From Eledone cirrhosa (Eukaryota), in NCBI GenBank assembly GCA_964016885.1, contig OZ024746.1:74400001-74464000 (forward strand): 64,000 bases of DNA, given 5' to 3'. Positions 59,259 to 64,000 of this stretch are shown in pieces. Under the pieces are notes generated by a model that did no database searches, was not told the DNA's origin, and saw only the letters and a list, made by a program, of their open reading frames with translations. The translations under genes and the position numbers were made by a program. Numbering within the stretch: the first letter of the stretch is position 1; the number at the start of each line of letters is the position of its first letter.

Positions 59259-60506
59259 TATATATATATTATATATATATATATATATATTATTTTTGTA
59301 AACAACTTGACTATGAAAACCCCAAAACACCTGTCATATCCGGCGTGAATTCCTGATTGCTTTTGAGTAAACTACAAAGCAAAAAACTTCCCCGAAACCC
59401 ATCCTTAACCATTCTGTTTCCTAAACCCATATGTAGAGTAAAACGCCCATTATCATGATATAGAATCCCGCTATTTTCTATGTCATGGGTCTTTGGTTTG
59501 TTTCGTAAAAATAGTCGATGAGGTCACTGAGCATTATTAGGCTTCATTCGAATTCCTAGTTAATGATGCGCTGAGCTTTGCCAAGATACTAACAAAAGTA
59601 TCACAAGAAGAACGCGGCGACATCATATATCCACAATGACAAAGCAGTGTAGTAAGAGAGTATCGGATTCATGATTCGCATCTACCAACCTTTGAGATGA
59701 TCAACGATACATTTCATATCGGTAGAATTTACCTGAGGCTCAGAGTAAATACTGGCGAGAAAATCTGCCCAACACTTTAACAATTCTGCTACACAACCAC
59801 CTTAGAAACAATATGTTTAACAATAAGAAGACATGATATTCATGGATGAAGTTCCTTTTATTAGAGTTCGATGAATGCCGAAACGTTACGTAACCACTAA
59901 AAGGTTTCCAATTCATTATTTGCATCACAGGGGCACCCCTTTTCATTGCCATTTACATTTCATTCTTTGTGGATGTCCAGACGATATACACGTTACATAT
60001 TTTTTAATATTTAAATTTGATAAAAATCGTATATATCAAACAAGGAATCGAAAATAACGACATCGTACAAACAATCGTTTGTAATATTGATGCCGACGGA
60101 GGACCACAATATTTGCCTCTGATTCCCGAATTTTTCGAGAATTTGTGCTGCAATTAAAGAAAAAGTGAACATAGAATTATATGCATTCATTTAACGTGAT
60201 TACGTAATCAATAAAGAGCTGTAAGAGATAATAACGAAGCAAAATTAAAATTTTAAATTATCATTTCATTTGATAAAGTCTGCTTCGTGTGTATTAGATA
60301 AAATTCCTGATGCATGAACATGGTACAGAAACTGTATGATCTAAGCACAAACTTCTACCCACTCCGAGAGAAAAATATAACTATATACATATATAAATAC
60401 ATATATATATATATATATATACATATATATGCATACATATACAAACACTCAGATATGAAGATAGATAAATATAGATTAATTGATACAGACATACATACAT
60501 GGTCAA

Positions 60507-60540
<34 letters not shown>

Positions 60541-60618
60541 ATGTGTATATGTATGTATCCAACATATCTACCTATTTCTCTCTCTCTCTCTCTCTATATA
60601 TATATAAATATATATATG

Positions 60619-60667
<49 letters not shown>

Positions 60668-60690
60668 CCATACATATCTATTTATATATA

Positions 60691-60733
<43 letters not shown>

Positions 60734-60802
60734 GTGTGCATATATATATATATGCATATATATATATATTTATATATGTATATATATATATATATATGTA
60801 TG

Positions 60803-60879
<77 letters not shown>

Positions 60880-60881
<2 letters not shown>

Positions 60882-61065
60882 CAAAGGAAATGTGGTAAGG
60901 AACCAGATGGACCATAACGCACCAGAGTACTCAATACTTAGGGTAGTAGAGTGGGAAATAGGAAAAAGTATGACCCCGACGGCAGAGCACAAGCCATTTC
61001 TACGGCTATTTCTTGACGCGAAATAGCCGTCGAAACGGCTTGAGCTCTGCCGTCGGGGTCATACT

Positions 61066-61070
<5 letters not shown>
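60880..61070. mobile_element. Foldback element family E
   Basis: Same layout as 49598-49790; (TA)n flanks. Confidence 0.8.
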
Positions 61071-61682
<612 letters not shown>

Positions 61683-62339
61683 CGTGTGTGCGTACGCACG
61701 CTTATGAATTGAATTAGTCACAGCCACAGCTACGAGCATATGGATTCAGTTAAAACTCTTATGCGTGCATTGATACAAACATACATACATATATCCACAT
61801 GCGTGTATGCCTGTAAGTTTGAATGTATGTATATATATATGTGTATGTGTGTGTGTGTGTGTGTGCGTTGTTGGTGTGTGTGTGAGTCCGCGCGCATGCC
61901 TGTGTATACGTAAATATGTACGCATGTATGAGTGTATGTATCTATTACTCTAAGAATTAATCGAATACTGACAATGATCTAACGAAATATCATATATACT
62001 GGTTATATATAACATTGCATGTGCAGATACCAATTTTTCATGATATTAATTCATCGTATCACCAAAGTATATCTACTGAATGTAGCCATATTGGCGCATG
62101 AAATTATCTGATATAGAATTTATATACGTATTTAGATATATGTTTATCTAATATGGGAAATATGCATTTAGATATCTGTTTATCTATATATTAAGATAAC
62201 AGTTTATCGGATACACAAAATATGCATTTAGATCTTTGGAGATATCTTATAATATATAGTAAATAAGAAAAAGGAAAATAGTCAAGGGAATTAATAGTGT
62301 TCTGTTCTACTTAACAAATTATAGACAGGTTCCATGGAA

Positions 62340-62425
<86 letters not shown>

Positions 62426-64000
62426 ATATATGTATATATATATATATATGTACACCCACACACACACACATATATATATATATATGTATATATAAATATA
62501 TATATATATATATATGTATGTATTTGTGTGCGTGCGCGCGTAAGCATATATAAACTACATTTATACATACATTCATTTAAACATGTAAGCGTCTATATGT
62601 ATGTTTACATATATATATACGCACACACAACACTCATTTATCGACGCTATCTGACGAAAGTGTACTTAAATTTGCGTTGCTGGAAAGAAATAAAAAAAGG
62701 AGGGGAGCGGTTTTAAATGTGATTTTCTTTTGTCTTCATATCTATGTCGACAGACGAATGGTATAATATGTATGTACGTACGCTTGCAGACGCGCTAGAA
62801 AAGAATTCATGTGCACTCACATACATTTACACATACATATATAGGTTGGTTTTTTTTGCAGGAAGGTGTATGATATGTGTAATGATATTTCGCCATACTG
62901 TTAACTGTTACCTAGAGCAAATCTTGCATAAAAGACACTATATTCGCACGTGGCTAGGAATTAGATGTTGATAATATATATTCATTTTAATAAGTTGGTT
63001 AGACTCTGAAATAACGTAGCAGTAACTTACACAGATAGAAACAGAAGGTGAACGTAAACGAAGAATAAATGATAATAAATCATATAGGAAACAAAATTTG
63101 ACATAAAAAAAAGTTATAAGTAGTGAAAGCAAAGTAACGATGACACATTTTATTCTGTTATCTTTTTAATGCTATCAGTCATTAGACTTCGCCCATGCTA
63201 CTGCATATCTTTGACATGCAGCACTGCATTCAGCCGGAGCACTCCTTTGAGCTCTAGCTCTATAATATTATGGATTGAATTATCAAGGCAAGCATATTTC
63301 TTTTTGTCTTAGGATATGCGACAGTCTTCATAACCATCGCAAACTCTCTAGGGTTGCGGAGAAGTATGTGGTTGATGTTCATCTTAAATATTTTCTCTGG
63401 TGACATTGTGGAACAAACATTGGCTGACGATGAAATCCAAAGCGTTAAGACTCTATGAAAGAAGGTTTCAGCAAAGTCATTAGTGTGGTATCCGTTAGTG
63501 AGAAACGGTAGATATATGGAGGGTAGTAAATGCAGGACTATTGGTTGGGCATGGGAAGTTACGGAATGCACGTAGCTAGTTCGGAGAGGGCATTGTATGG
63601 GCGTTCGAATAGGCAGGTATTAGATGTTTTACTAGGTTTCTAATTCATTTAAAATAACGTAATTAGATTACCTTGTTCATAATATAATCAATAGTAGTGA
63701 CTTCCAAGCCCAAATGTTTTAACATACAAATCTGATTGATTTCGTTGACTTGTAAGATATAACAGCGGTACCATCCACAAATCATACCTCAACGTCTTAA
63801 AGACGAAACATATGTTGTAATCAAAGGCAGATAATGCCTAAAAATAAAATACATGCCGATCATAGCTTGAATATCTTTGATCATGTATCTTGTAACAAAT
63901 TTGTAAAGGAGCTAAGCAACAACAGTGTAATAGTTTTTTCCGATATAGACCACCCATAACATCCATAATCCATTTATTTATATTTTTATAGTACTGATTT

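Noticed and set aside
63260-63600. 103-aa minus-strand ORF
   Set aside because: No recognisable domain or splice context; probably decayed repeat.

Overview
Very AT-rich eukaryotic non-coding DNA, probably intronic or intergenic. The SINE repertoire and the huge (TA)n/(CA)n/(GATA)n tracts resemble octopod cephalopod genomes (inference from recall, not a search). No host protein-coding gene is supported, and nearly all ORFs in the track (YI/HT/CV repeats) are translated microsatellites. The window holds about 13 copies of a tRNA-headed SINE, decayed RTE and Tx1-like LINE pieces (one with a clean twin-priming 5' inversion), non-autonomous bipartite RTE elements, a TA-flanked MITE and a decayed Penelope-like (PLE) reverse transcriptase. 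The main unexplained structure is a set of at least five families of short foldback elements sitting in (TA)n tracts. They look like PLE pseudo-LTRs, and several carry type I hammerhead ribozymes: minimal dimer-type versions with compensatory stem changes, a U3-A8 core variant, one junction that maps to the predicted cleavage site, and one family with an antisense tRNA-like Pol III cassette. All folds were read by eye.
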